Shown one piece after another: positions 51,136 to 64,000 of a stretch of DNA of 64,000 nt. The position numbers and the translations under genes are program-made. The notes beneath the pieces were generated by a model. That model was not told the origin of the DNA. It worked only from the letters and a program-made list of their open reading frames with translations, and ran no database searches. Position 1 is the first letter of the stretch, and each line of letters opens with the position of its first letter. The DNA is from Eledone cirrhosa (Eukaryota). The stretch spans positions 160,952,001-161,016,000 of the forward strand of contig OZ024743.1 in NCBI GenBank assembly GCA_964016885.1, in the 5' to 3' direction.

Positions 51136-53569
51136 ACGAGCATAGATATAACAGTAGCTATCTTGCTTACTATACTTCATATACAATATCTACTCTGAGA
51201 TCATTGCTAATACCACTTTGTATGTTTATATACACTGAAGAATATTTATATGCTTAGAACATATACTCTTCCTTTAAAATAAATTCCAGAGAAAAACGAC
51301 TTGAGTACCTAAGTAATAACAGTTCCCAGATTGTTAAGTGTAGTCAGTTTTCCCTTAACTCTTGCGTTCCATTGTGAGAACATGCGCAGCTTGAATATAA
51401 TTTACAGATCAGTTTTCAAACTAACAAGTTGAATTGAAGACACCAGTATTAGCCATGTACTAGTGTCAATTTCTCAACTACATTCCTCAGCTAAAGTGTG
51501 TGGTTGTGTCAATATGAGAAATATCAACTTCTATTCCTTGGTAGATAGATTAGTGCAAATAAGATAACGTATTCAAGAATTTCTCGAAGATTTGAGGTTA
51601 TCTTAACTAAGAATTGATACTCAAGATAAACTTTAGACAATATTCTTTTCTTTAGCATATAAACCAGAGATGTTGCACTAGCGATTTCTCAAAACATACT
51701 AAGTGTTGTTAATATTTTGTGGTAAAAATCTAAGTTTACGAAAACATTCGGCAACTGAATGATATATTTATATATTTATATTTTAATCCTCATTTAAACC
51801 ATTTTCAATATGAAATAGTATTTCTGAATAAACACTCTCGCTACTACATTCGTTTTAATTCATGTAAATTCCTGCGTTTTCTCCCTTTTTTCTCCTCACT
51901 AAGGGTGTAAATTTAATTAAACTTTCCTGGCTTACAGCTTTGAGTATGGTAGCACCCCCATTAGTAATTACTTTATTTCATGAGTTAGAACGGTTCAGCT
52001 TTATCACCACCGTCACTTAATGGACAGCATTTGCACCTCATTTAAATAGATCAGTGCTTGACTGTTGCTAGTAGAATTCAGAATGCATTCTCTCTTGCTG
52101 ATTAGAATCATCCCAGTTCGTCTGCAATTACTTCATTAATTTATTAGACAATTATGGAATTGCTATTCATAATGCTCATTCATTTTCTCTGTCTGATTAA
52201 CTATGCTACTAACAATTTTGAAATGTAAGCAGTCATCATTACTACCCTCGTCTATTCTCTTCTTTCCTTCCCCTAACTATCTATATATGACACTGTCCTC
52301 TTTTCACGATGAACGATGCAACTACTCTAAAGATTATTCTGTTTTGATTACACGCTAATTGTCTAATATTTTCCCCGGACTCTTAGACTGGCTTGCTTTC
52401 TTCCATATGGGTAATTGCTTTCTTCAATATGGGAAATTGCTTTCTTCAAAGCGGGTAACCGATTTCTTATATAAGGGTGATTGCTTATTTTCTGTCTGTA
52501 GAAGCAGAATTTGTTTTTTCTACTTGATTATCTTCCTTTCAATGTAGCAATGGAAAAAGTACAACGATGTTAGAAAACAAGTGATGGTCTGCAGCGTCAA
52601 AAAAAAACGTTCGTATTACACAGAAAATTCGTGTGTCGTATATTGAGAGACGCTTGATGTTTCGCACAGGGCACTATTTGGTTCAACTCTTTCCTGAGAA
52701 ATATATTATTTTCCATATGAAAGGGGAATGTTATGTGCAGGGGGGGGGGGGGGGTATGTGAGTGCGTGTGCACGTTTAAAAATCTGTTATATCGTTCTTT
52801 CACTATTCATGTTTAAAAACATTAAATATAAGAGTACGGCACTTGAAATTTTCGAGTGCTAGAAATTGTATTCAAAATATATAAAACAACACATTATATT
52901 TGAATACTCTATTTAACTTGGTTAGCAGAACACGAGAAAGCATAATGCGTAACAGAACATATTTACAATGAGCTCTTGGTAAAGATAAGAATAGAAATTC
53001 TGATAAAGTGTGTATTAGGAAAATTTAGATCGCATTGCAAATTTTCCTGTCCCATTAGATGACACGAACAACGTTAAATGGTTTTGTTTTCATATCAAAT
53101 ATAAAGAATACATTTTCCTTTTAAGTTGAGAACTTTAAAATAAATCTACATTACAGTTCTTGCAATTTGGGTGGAACGGTTATCACAAACACACACGCAC
53201 TGATGCAAACACATACACACTAGTCACTAACAAGCTCGCAGACGCACTGCTTCTATTACTGCTCTACCGTATTTCAGCTCCATCACTCGATGTCCTCATC
53301 CCACAACTATCCATCATCATTATTGAGTATCATCTCACCAGACCCCATACAAAATATTTATTCTAATCTTCATTCTTCAGAACTGCAGTTCTCTTGAGTT
53401 TCGCCCTTGTCTATATTTTCTCTAAAACCAAAATGACAAAAACGGTAGTTCAAGGTGAAAACCAACCAACAATAGTCTAACCACTCTGGAAAGGTCCGCG
53501 TAATCTATCATTGGTTTGTAAAAACAACACTGAATATGAGTGACAGCAACATTTCTTAATATATTTAAC

Positions 53570-53790
53570 TGATGGATTCAGTGCGACAGTGTGTGACAAA
53601 GCTGGTCCTTTGTGTTATTGGTACAAACTATCCGATGAGCTTCCAAACGGTTCATGTTTATCTATTTGTTCTCACAAAGCATTGGTTCAATCGAAGATAT
53701 GATAAAAAGACACTTGTCAGCAATGTCCCGCGGTGGAATCAAACCCGGAACGTGATGATTCTGAAGCGAATTTCTTAAATATTTGGTCAC
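53570..53790 (-). mobile_element. tRNA-derived SINE (different family)
   Basis: Minus strand AAGAAATTCGCTTC...GGGTTTGATTCC (B-box-like) then ACAAGTGTCTT. Confidence 0.5.
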
Positions 53791-53930
53791 GATACGTCCA
53801 ATAAGAAGTATAGAAACGAGACCTCTAGCTAATGAACACAGATATATATAGTTTAGCAAAGTGATTTAGAAAGATGGGTACAAAAAATATATATGAAACA
53901 AATGAAGAGCGTATATATATATATGCATAT

Positions 53931-53994
<64 letters not shown>

Positions 53995-54000
<6 letters not shown>

Positions 54001-54337
54001 TAAGATCAAAAGATGGTTAAAAGAGTTCCTTGTATTTTATTATGCGCATTTCAAAAACAAATATCATCATGCAATAACATTTGCGTTTTCGTCAGATAAA
54101 ATAGGGAGACATGATATGAAGGTTAAAACACACTTGTGAATAGTGCAGTTTTAAATCAACATATCATATATGTTGATTTAAAACTGCACTATTCACAAGT
54201 GTGTTTTAACCTTCATATCATGTCTCCCTATTTTATCTGACGAAAACGCAAATGTTATTGCATGATGATATTTGTTTTTGAAATGCGCATAATAAAATAC
54301 AAAGAACTCTTTTAACCATCTTTTGATCTTATATATT
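53995..54337. mobile_element. Fold-back PLE pseudo-LTR pair (family C)
   Basis: 170-bp inverted arms 53995-54164/54168-54337 with one visible mismatch and a 3-nt loop, starting in (TA)n. Confidence 0.9.
54229..54299 (+). ncRNA. Type I minimal hammerhead ribozyme (mirror copy at ~54033-54103 on the minus strand)
   Basis: 8-bp stem I TATTTTAT/ATAAAATA, core CTGACGA, long stem II GCAAATGTTATT/GATGATATTTGT, GAAA, palindromic stem III ATGCGCAT, triplet AUA. Confidence 0.88.
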
Positions 54338-55115
54338 ATTTATACTCCAATGAAGCTCGTGCTCGGAGTGGATTTTTCGATAAGGTAGCATATACAGAGT
54401 ATGAGAATAGACCTAGGAAAAATAGATCCCGACGCATTATATCGTATAACCCACCATATAATATGGAGGTAACCACACCATTAGCTAAGATCTTTCTCTC
54501 TCTTATTATGAAGCATTTCCCCCCAGCACATAAATATAATAACATTTTTAATAGAAATACTATTAAAATATTTCTTACTCTACGACTCCTAACCTTGCAC
54601 ATAACATTACAGCTTCAAATTTAGCTAAATTACCTAGCCGTAGGAACATGTGCAGCCCTGTAGCTAGTACTAACTGTAATTGTAGGAATCGGGTTGACTG
54701 CCCCCTATCCGGGAAATGCCTCTTTAGTAACATTGTCTACAAATGTAAGGTTGAAACACCCACGTCCCGTAGGGCCTACATGGGGTTAACCGTCAATAGA
54801 TTCAAGCAGCGTCTTTACATGCATACCCATTCTTTTCTTAACCCTTTAAGAAGGAATATGACGTCACTTTCAGCTTATATCTGGAGTCTAAAAGACAACC
54901 ACACCCAATATAAGTTACACTGGGAGATCCTAGCTAAAGCTAGATTGTATAACGGAAATAAAATACCATGTGACCTCTGCACCGCTGAAGCCCTGGAAAT
55001 ACTCTCCGCCAAAGACCACATCTTAAATAAACAATCTGAGGCAATTTCGGCTTGTAAACATAAACTACACAAAACTTTCCTGTATTACAGCCCCACATTA
55101 TACCCTAACGGATAG
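54338..55115 (+). pseudogene. Penelope-like linker plus GIY-YIG endonuclease (one frameshift ~54572; 155-aa open part 54648-55115)
   Basis: RRIISYNPPY, KHFPPAHKYNNIFNRNTIK, CNCR..CPLSGKCL, NIVYKC, AYMGLT, FKQR, TSLSAYIWSLK, CDLCTAE, CKHK. Confidence 0.9.
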
Positions 55116-56029
55116 TACGAACTATACGTGGATATTTTACGTCTTGATGTGGTAGCTAAGTATATGTTATGTTTATACCATTACTTATTTGTATAGGTAA
55201 GTATATTTTACCTGTATGTTTTGTGAAGGTACGTATACTTTCTCGTACGTATATTTGCTTGTATATGTTATAGGCGTATATATCATATTATATATACTGG
55301 TACATGTGCATATGGTTATGTGTATACGTGAGTTTTGCGTCTGTGTGAGTATGCGGATTCGTCCGTATGAAGGCTGTGTGTATATGTGTACTTTGTGTTT
55401 TGGTTGACGTGCGTTTAGCGAACATATGTGTATTTACATGTAGGTATGTGTGTGCGCGCGTTATATACGTATTTATGTGTGTATATTTATATACGTTTAT
55501 ATAATTATATGTATACACGCACACACACACACACACACACATATATTTATATATATTTTTTTATATTTATTTTTATGTGTATTTCGTGTATACGTTCCTA
55601 TGTGTACGGGTACAGGCGTCGCGTGGGTTCTGTATGTGCGTGCGTGTTTTTTGTGTACGTGCTTGTATTTGCATACACATGGCGGGTGTTTTCGCGTATG
55701 CATGTGTATGTACGTATATGGATGCGTGCATGTATATATTTAATTTTTGTTGATTTCAATTACCTCTGTAATTTATTTACATTATTCTTAACTCTGAAGC
55801 CGAGAATCATTCGGTTCGCTAAATAGAATTTTATTCTACGACTTCAGTTATACCATAAACCTGGTTTTGTCTTTGGTAATTGTTCTCACCGCTCCACATA
55901 ATGACGTATTATCTTCATTGTTTCCGTTCATTGCCAGGGAACGTCTCCACGAACCAAAGTATCGTCTTCATGTCTTCATTCGGTTGCAACGTTTGAAATA
56001 TTTACTTCTGCGTTCACAGATTGAGTTTT

Positions 56030-56093
56030 TTAATTTCAGAAGATCCCGTTAAGGGTGAAAGCAGCGATTCTTTGCTTAAACTTTAATCTGTTA

Positions 56094-56100
<7 letters not shown>
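56030..56100 (+). repeat. PLE pseudo-LTR end (family D) with mutated hammerhead core
   Basis: CAGAAGATCCCGTTAAGGGTGAAAGCA...TGCTTAAAC matches 59213-59276 and ends at (TA)n. Confidence 0.6.
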
Positions 56101-56160
<60 letters not shown>

Positions 56161-56581
56161 TCAACGAGAATCGTATTTCGGCGGGTAGAAATAAGCAAAC
56201 TCAATTTCCGATTCGTGTGGCAAGCGCTCCATGGACCAGAAGAGACCAGAGCAATAAACATATGCTATAAAGGCCATACAAACTGAGGAGGCGATTAAGA
56301 AGCTATCAACCACCTAAGCAAAAAAAAACGGATCGAACAAAATATGAAAGAAAAATTTACCCGGACCTTCTGGAAATGATGGCATAATCCAGTACAGGGT
56401 TTCTGCGACACCTAAATCAATAATACTGTCTGCTTAAAAAAAAGAGCCTTTGGTATAATGATCGAACAAGGATATTACTTTCTCAACAGGTATTTTGTTC
56501 TACGCCAGCGTTTTGAATCACACAGGGTTTTGAAAGCAAATGAATTCAGTATGTGTAATCGATGCAAAATTTGCAAAAACA

Positions 56582-56739
<158 letters not shown>

Positions 56740-57579
56740 GTTTTTTTCGTATATGTTGGTTGTATACCAACACCTAAGTATGCAGATTGGAGCACTCGAC
56801 GAAGTGCGCGGGTTGATTTGGTTACTCCGGAGTAATGTAAAATAAAATAAAATAATCGAATAAAATGTGTGTGTGTGTTATACCCATCTCAATGTTATAA
56901 AGATTTGTAAGGTCAAACTTCCCATTGGTCAGTTTTGAGAGCATTCCTCAGTCCAAAGTCTATAGAAATTCTTTCTGGGGTGAGGCTCCCTGTAGTGTTT
57001 GTGTTTGCTATCGTTAAGTACTTCTGACCTCTACCCTTATTTTGGTAGTGTTGTTGGTGTTGTGGTCATCTTATGTCTTGCTGCTGCTGACAATTTAGAA
57101 GTATCTGTGTGTGTGTCTCTGCATCCCTCCTGCCATGTATATGAAGAAATACAAGGCATAGAAGGCAATAAAATGAAGAAAACAGAAAATAAATAATAAA
57201 TAGAGAATAAATGAAAAATTAATGAAAAATTAATGAAAATGTAATGAAAAATGAATATGGAAAATGAAAAATGAAAAAGAAAAGTGAAAAATAAAAATGA
57301 AGATTCAAATAAAATAAGATAAAATGTGTGTGTGCTATAACCAATCTCAAGGTCAGAAATATATTGGATAGAGTGGTAGGGGGAACAAGATGGTAAAAGA
57401 ATAAAACGAGATAGGATAATCAAATAAAGTGTGTGTGTGTTATAACCAATCTCAACTTAAATATAAAGATAAGGTGATAAAGTGAAGAAAACAGAAAACA
57501 AATAACAAATGAATAATGAGAAATCAAAAACGAAAAATCAAAAATCAAGTAAATTAAAATGTGTGTGTGTTATAAAGAT

Positions 57580-57830
57580 GTTGGCTGTGTCAGAATCAAT
57601 CTCTAGGCTATCATGGTGTCTGCTCAGCCTGGGTTGGTCCCTATGGCTTGAGGGGAGTTCCCAACCTATGGTGTTGTTACTGCCCATATAGCTTGAGGGA
57701 TGTCTGGCCGAGAGGTGTCTACATGTTCTGGAGAAGTCCCTATAGATTGAGGGGAGTTCACATCTTATTGTGTTGCTACTGTCCATATATCTTGAGCAAG
57801 GTCCCGGCCCTGAGATGTCTGCATGTCCCG
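57580..57830. repeat. Diverged ~100-bp tandem duplication at the end of the PLE endonuclease frame
   Basis: GTCCCTAT.G.TTGAGGGGAGTTC.CA.CT..T.GTGTTG.TACTG.CCATATA.CTTGAG at ~57638-57697 and ~57737-57796. Confidence 0.7.
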
Positions 57831-58135
57831 AAGAAGTCGGTTCTGAGGTTTATCAGGCCGCTTCCACCTCTTAGTATCTCGAGGGTCTCGTTCAGACATA
57901 GTTTGCATATGCAAGATCCCCCTTTATCGGGTGGTACTTTCCTGATTATGGACCAGGCCAGAGAGTATGGGGTCCTGTCCAGCTTAAGCTTCCAGATCAG
58001 GTCGGAGAGAGCCGTACTTTTCCTTTTGGCCTCTTTATTGAAGGAATGGCGATGGTTATACCAGCGCTCTTTAAAGCTCGTTGATGTGGCTCCTATGTAG
58101 AAGTGTTCGGAGTTGGGGGTTTTAACCCTACAACC
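57777..58135 (-). pseudogene. 5'-truncated Penelope-like GIY-YIG endonuclease, with A-rich (plus-strand) 3' UTR extending to ~56740
   Basis: CRVKT..HFYIGATSTSFKERWYNHRHSF...STALSDLIWKLK...CKLCLNE...CRH; starts at (TA)n. Confidence 0.88.
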
Positions 58136-58136
58136 G

Positions 58137-58192
<56 letters not shown>

Positions 58193-58367
58193 GGGGGGGA
58201 GAGAGAGAGAAGTAGTAACACAACAGTTAGTTCACCATATCGAGAACAATTGTCTCACCTTATGCGGATCTTCAGCTCGGACTGGTAATGGTTATACGAA
58301 ACAGGAAAAACACTTTGACCACTCCACCTGATAACAACAACTTGACACGATATACATATATACACAC

Positions 58368-58448
<81 letters not shown>

Positions 58449-58533
58449 AGGGGGGGGGGATTAGAATTAGGATTTAGCTTCATGCATAGCTATTTACAGA
58501 TATGTATTGAAATGTTGTACTTCTAAAGAAATA

Positions 58534-58867
58534 CGGTATGTTTATATATAAACATTTTAAAAGCCGTAGCTATGCAAAATACCGGGGTTATTGCCCTCTG
58601 GTAATGTTCAGCAGAATTAGCGGGGGACAACTGTCAATGCATTTCTGGGTCTGGCCATCATGAGGACAGTGCTTCCCCTACTGTCCACTAGAATTTGAAA
58701 CAGGCGAAAGTACCTAGTTTTATTCGCCTATATAGAAGGGCTGGTTAGCCTCACTTAGATATGGATCTTGAAAGTAGAATTAAAGTTTTGCTCCGACATA
58801 GGTGTATAGATATAAGCATATATTCATAGCTCGAAGGTATTCCAAATGTTTATTCGTAAACATACCG
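58534..58867. mobile_element. Tc1/mariner-type MITE
   Basis: About 45-bp imperfect TIRs CGGTATGTTTA...ATAAACATTT...AGCTATG with TA on both sides. Confidence 0.65.
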
Positions 58868-58871
58868 TATA

Positions 58872-59043
58872 TCTATACTATAAATGAGAATGTATGTGTG
58901 TATATATGTATATGTGTATGTCTCTCAAAGGCTCCGAAAAGGTGCATCGTAGATACAGGGTCTGACACTGAATAAAAAAAAAAACATGAAATAAAGGCAT
59001 ACTATTGTGATTATTGTCCGGCAACGACGAGCTACTCGGCTAA
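58872..59043 (+). mobile_element. Short decayed Helitron-like element
   Basis: A|TCTATACTATAAATGAGAATGT start and degenerate 3' CCGGCAACGACGAG...GCTAA|T resembling the end at 3288-3316. Confidence 0.55.
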
Positions 59044-59100
59044 TCATTAGATATACGAAATTCACACACTTTTATGTATACAGCTATGTCAGAGCAACAC

Positions 59101-59170
<70 letters not shown>

Positions 59171-59177
<7 letters not shown>

Positions 59178-59368
59178 TAACAGATTAAAGTTTAAGCAAA
59201 GAATCGCTGCTTCTGAAGATCCCGTTAAGGGTGAAAGCAGAGATTTTTTGCTTAAACTTTAATCTGTTATTTTAATAAATATTTGCTCTACGGTTCTTAT
59301 ATATTTGATATATATTTATCCTTATTGAGCCCTCTTTGGATTTTAGTCTTCAAATTTATTATTATTAC
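59171..59368 (+). mobile_element. Fold-back PLE pseudo-LTR element (family D) with hammerhead core in the loop
   Basis: About 42-bp arms 59171-59212/59235-59276 enclose CTGAAGA-TCCCGTTAAGGGT-GAAA; one-sided tail; (TA)n flanks. Confidence 0.75.
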
Positions 59369-59376
59369 TATATATA

Positions 59377-59482
<106 letters not shown>

Positions 59483-62439
59483 TGAAACCTCTAACAAATT
59501 AGGTGTTAATACAACCTAATGCAAAAAGCCTGCTTGGAACAGTATAATACGTTCAAACCTTTTACGTTTTAATGAACGCATGAATGCTACAAATTTTGCC
59601 TCTTTATCCCAATATATCTTGGGTTAATTTGCTTAGAAAACTTATGTTTGAGAATAATTGAAATGTTTCCATATTGAAATAATGTGGTAAAGGTTTAGAA
59701 TATTTATTTCTAACGTTTGCAAAAAGCAAACATCTTTGGACGCATAGGGAAAGTGTCTAGACAATTTAATGTACCCCATTACTTTATTCGTATTTATTTT
59801 ATCGATCCAAAATATTTTAAAGCAAATGATTTTTACTAAATCACACATGGTGTTTTGGCCTCATGATTATCTCTGGGAGCCTTTTGAAATGTTCACAATA
59901 TCTAAATGATAAAACATTGGTATGGAACAGTAATAAAACATTTATATAGCACACTGGCAACTCGTTGTTGTTGTATACTGATAAACCATTGTTATCGTGA
60001 AGTGGTAAAACGTCAATTTAGCATTGATAGTTCATAAAAGCATTGATAGTTTATAAAAATCAATAGGGTGGAGGTGTCGAATTCTGAGTCTGAACTCGTA
60101 TTATTTGTATTGTTTCTATTTAGTTATCTTAGGCGACATAAATCTGATAGATTGAATAGTATATTCCTGTTGAGAACATGGATGAAATCATTCATGATGT
60201 GAATGAAACCTTTAATATATAATTATGACTTCTTTTGGGATCAGCACAGATATAGAAGAGTGTTCATTCATTGACTCAGGTCCAGGATGTTATATTATTG
60301 ACACTATAAGTTTGAAAAGTAATATCTATCCTGGAGAAAATTTCAACTCAGGACATAAAGGATTGAAGCTATATATACAATACGATATTTAACCGAGAGT
60401 TGCACATTCTCTAAATATTTGATGTTTTTTATGACATTATAGAATGAGAATTTCAACGAACTTAGTACAGGGTCTTGTAGTATGCTTTGATTTATATATT
60501 TAATAGAGCGAAGCGGGAACATAAAAATATGATCAAAGCTATGGATTGTCAAAAGCAGGAACTCTATAATGACGTAATCGTTTGGCGACAGAATTACCCA
60601 GAAAACATCTTTCCATGGTAATATAACCAAGAGTTATAATATCAATAATGTGAATCAAAGAAGACATGAAATACAGATTGATCTGAATGAGGTGATGTTT
60701 CTATGTTGTCAGTTATATTGATTTAAGCAGCAATAATTAGATGATGTTTTCAGAATCTAAACTACAAATGATATAAATAACGGAACACAGCAAATAAGTG
60801 CTATTTCGTTTGGATCGACATATTGTATGTAATAAGCAACAGTCGTCATGGTTGTCTTTAATGCAGACGAAAGTTTAAACAGCAATGATCATTTCCGAGT
60901 ACGATCTCATGATAGTTGTGTCCTTATTGACTGTTATGAAGTACATAAATCGCAAACATCGGATATTGAAATTGTATTGCTTATGGAGTCAATAACTCGT
61001 AAAATTAACTCTTCGACTTTTGATCGGAAATAAACCTATTGTTTATGGAGTACGTAGTTAACACTTAATTCGGATCTTGCAATATTCTTGTTTACGCAAT
61101 TCCCTTGGTTAAGTCTTATATTTCTGTAACACTATAGGTTGTCTCTTATATTTCTGATCTTGAAATCCCCTTATTGTTTACAAAGTACGTAAATCTCTTG
61201 CTTAACTCATATTTTACATCTTGGTTATACGCACCGCTTATGGTTAAATCATAGTTCATGAAATGTCCCTATAGGTATGGAGGAGTACACACGTTATATG
61301 GTAAACTCGCAAAGGTCAGATCCTGGATTTATTGTTCGTGGAGTATTACCTCCAAATGCTACCTCTTAAATTTCTATAATTATTAAAGAATATACATCTT
61401 ACGATTTAAATTTCTATAATTCTGATCTTGGAATATATTTCTTTTAATTAAATAGTTAGAAATGTGGAATAAATAACTCACTACTAGTTTACGCTTACTG
61501 GTTTCAGTCTTTTTACTGACTATGTTGAATTACAGTTTTCAAGAGCGTTTTGTGGATGATATAAGCCTTAGTAATGATTTTCTCGATCTCTATTTATCAA
61601 CTAACTAAGTCCTCCTTGGTGCAAAAGATACAATTCAAAACCTAACTAACATGTGATATTTATGTTAGAGCACCGTTTTACACCGATACAGTTTTCGTGC
61701 CAATGGAGAAAACAGCTTTTAAAATGCTATAGCAATACAAATCGATGGCTAAATATCAAAACTAAAATAAAGCAGTAGTTAGTTTTTATTTAAATTGCTA
61801 TATGCTTCTAACGAATGTTTTGATACATTTTCTGCAATACTTCAACAACAATATTAGCTTTCTTCTTTTGATTACCGTTTTAAATGAACTGTGTATTATG
61901 GTTCATTTTCTCTAAAACATTTGAAGCAGCTATCACCGCTTAATGGGATATAAACAGATAAACAGGGGTTGGTTAATTTAACTAACTGAAATTGAAAGAT
62001 GAAATCAAATAATCTAGAAAACATTAGATTTCGAGGACCTAACTATCGAAAACCTTCACCATTCAAAGATTACACCTATGGTAAATTATTTCTACTAAAC
62101 AAAATATATTAGCAGTGTAAATCATACGCTAATTTAAGTGATGTACCGCAATAACCTAGTATATTTGATAATGGATGTGTGATTTTAATATTTTGTAGGA
62201 TTATACTGGAAGAACTAACAACGTGATTCCCTATCAATTCTCTTATCACAATCCTGGAATGCATGTTAAGATAACTAGGTTAATCGATGAAAATCCCAAG
62301 ATGAGAACTGTTCAGAGCTCTATACGCATGCTCATGAAAACAGACACCCACTTGAAATTGTATTGATAGCCAAATGATTGCAACCCTCTTGTGTTCTTGG
62401 GGTAGTGGATTATTGAAAAGGAACTCAGAGCAGTCAATT

Positions 62440-63199
62440 TCCTATGTTTTATTTGCATCAAAAGTTTTTGTTCCACACTGAAATACGATGGTTGTCAAAA
62501 GACAACTGTGTCGTTTTCTTTTTATTTTTGCTTTTTTTAGGGGGGGGGGGGGGGGGGGCTCAAAACACTCCACTATTTACTTCTCTAATTGTTTCTAAGT
62601 GTGATATATTTTACTTTGTGACATATTCCCCCAACTAAATGATCTCAATACGTCATTGCCAGGAAAACAAAAAACACTTGTCGACTGTAAATCGTCAAAC
62701 ACTGCCTTCATTTCTAAATTAACACTATATAAGATGAATATTTCAAGACGTCAGCCCCACCAAGTTCAAAGATTGAATAACTTGCAAGATGAATAGGTTG
62801 ATGGAGATGTCATTACATATCACCATTATTTGCAATCATTGCATAATGACATGGTACAGTGATTTCAGGATATTGTCGCTTTACCTGTTTCAGTTTAGTA
62901 TAACAACTCATTTTCAAGTTCAAGTAATCGATATCCAAGCGAGGTGAATTGCGGTTAAAGATGACTAATTTTAAAACCAATGAGTCTGCACTAGCTGTGT
63001 CGCCCCAGACTCAGGGGTCGCATTGATCGTATCTAAAAGAAGGTGTGTGCCAAAATATTTGATGTTATAACCTTTTACATTACTTTCAATAAGAAATAAT
63101 GTTTAATGTTTTGTAGAAATTAGGAAAGTTGCTAATGGTTTGATACTGGTTTTTCCATGTGAAAGTGGGCGATGACGCATAAAGGGTTGGGAGCCTCTG
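62440..63199 (+). mobile_element. hAT (Charlie/Buster-like) transposon 3' fragment
   Basis: LFHTEIRWLSKDNC resembles the LHTEVRWLS motif, followed by LNDLNTSLPG; terminal GGTTGGGAGCCTCTG then the 8-mer CTCTAAAT. The left end was not found. Confidence 0.75.
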
Positions 63200-64000
63200 C
63201 TCTAAATATTCATTTAAACATCTGACAAATTATACTATACGCAACTCAAAAACCCGAAAGAAGATCCATTTCGAGCAAAGATCTTACCTCACACTGTCTG
63301 AAAACACACCAAAATATAATCTCATTATTTACAAAACAATGCAACGAGGAACATAAAGAATATATACTAAGGAAGAAAACCAAAGGTCCTTAATTCCGGT
63401 AGAGTCTTAGGGCGCCGTGCTGGTACATTGTGTGACTTGGGCATTTTAAAATTTGACGGAGCACATCATTCCCCAGTTTGGAATGCGTTACAGAACTCAA
63501 AACTAAATCATCTCACACGATATTCACATGGTTTTACTGCAAAAGACAATGCTTTAATACTAATATAGAAACCGATAAAGATTATTGACGGCTTTATAAC
63601 ATACGCAAACCATGAAATAAGTACATAAATACTACAAACGGCACTTGAACACTGCTATGGCACACCAGAAATAACATTCAAAATAAAAACATGAAACATG
63701 AAGTACATAAAGAAAACGATTATGTACAGCACTTTCCCCCTCGCCAACCGCCCTAAAACAAACAAAAGCCCCAAACCATCATTCGCGGTGCACCTAAACT
63801 ACTTAAATAACTCACAGCAACGCATTCTCATACCACAATAACCTAATAACAACTTGTTGTCAGAAACCCCTTTCTGCTACACACACCAATCCACTACAGC
63901 TACATAACAATTTCCCAACTATCTTCTACCCACCTACACATCCCTATCACAAAACACTCACACCAATAAAAAGCAAAAAACACCTTCACAAGTTTCGACA

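Noticed and set aside
56915-56960. Minus-strand CTGAGGA...CAAAAC possible hammerhead in a PLE 3' UTR
   Set aside because: GAAA and the stems are not intact; too degenerate to call.
63400-64000. Possible start of another LINE leader or ORF1 (C/A-rich)
   Set aside because: Compositional resemblance only; no motif, and cut by the window end.

Overview
AT-rich, microsatellite-dense animal genomic DNA, not prokaryotic. The SINE family and repeat landscape suggest an octopus/cephalopod; this is an inference. No host protein-coding gene can be supported, and most short ORFs in the track are artefacts of (TA)n/(CA)n/(TACA)n/(ATT)n repeats or antisense shadows. The window is mostly transposable elements: Helitron-like non-autonomous elements, a deleted mariner, a MITE, a hAT fragment, tRNA-derived SINEs, three RTE LINEs, two R4/Dong-like families, a CRE-like fragment, a full-length decayed Tx1/L1, and many Penelope-like (PLE) pieces. 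Main observations: (1) the near-intact Dong/R4 copy (34960-39489) differs from its neighbouring paralog mostly by sense-strand A-to-G changes, as expected if an ADAR-hyperedited RNA was reverse-transcribed into the genome; (2) small fold-back elements in (TA)n tracts carry minimal hammerhead ribozyme motifs, and several fold exactly within the ribozyme; (3) one such element leads directly into an RT-less GIY-YIG endonuclease frame; (4) retroelement families partition among (TA)n, (TACA)n and (ATT)n microsatellites. All alignments and folds were done by eye, so boundaries are approximate.
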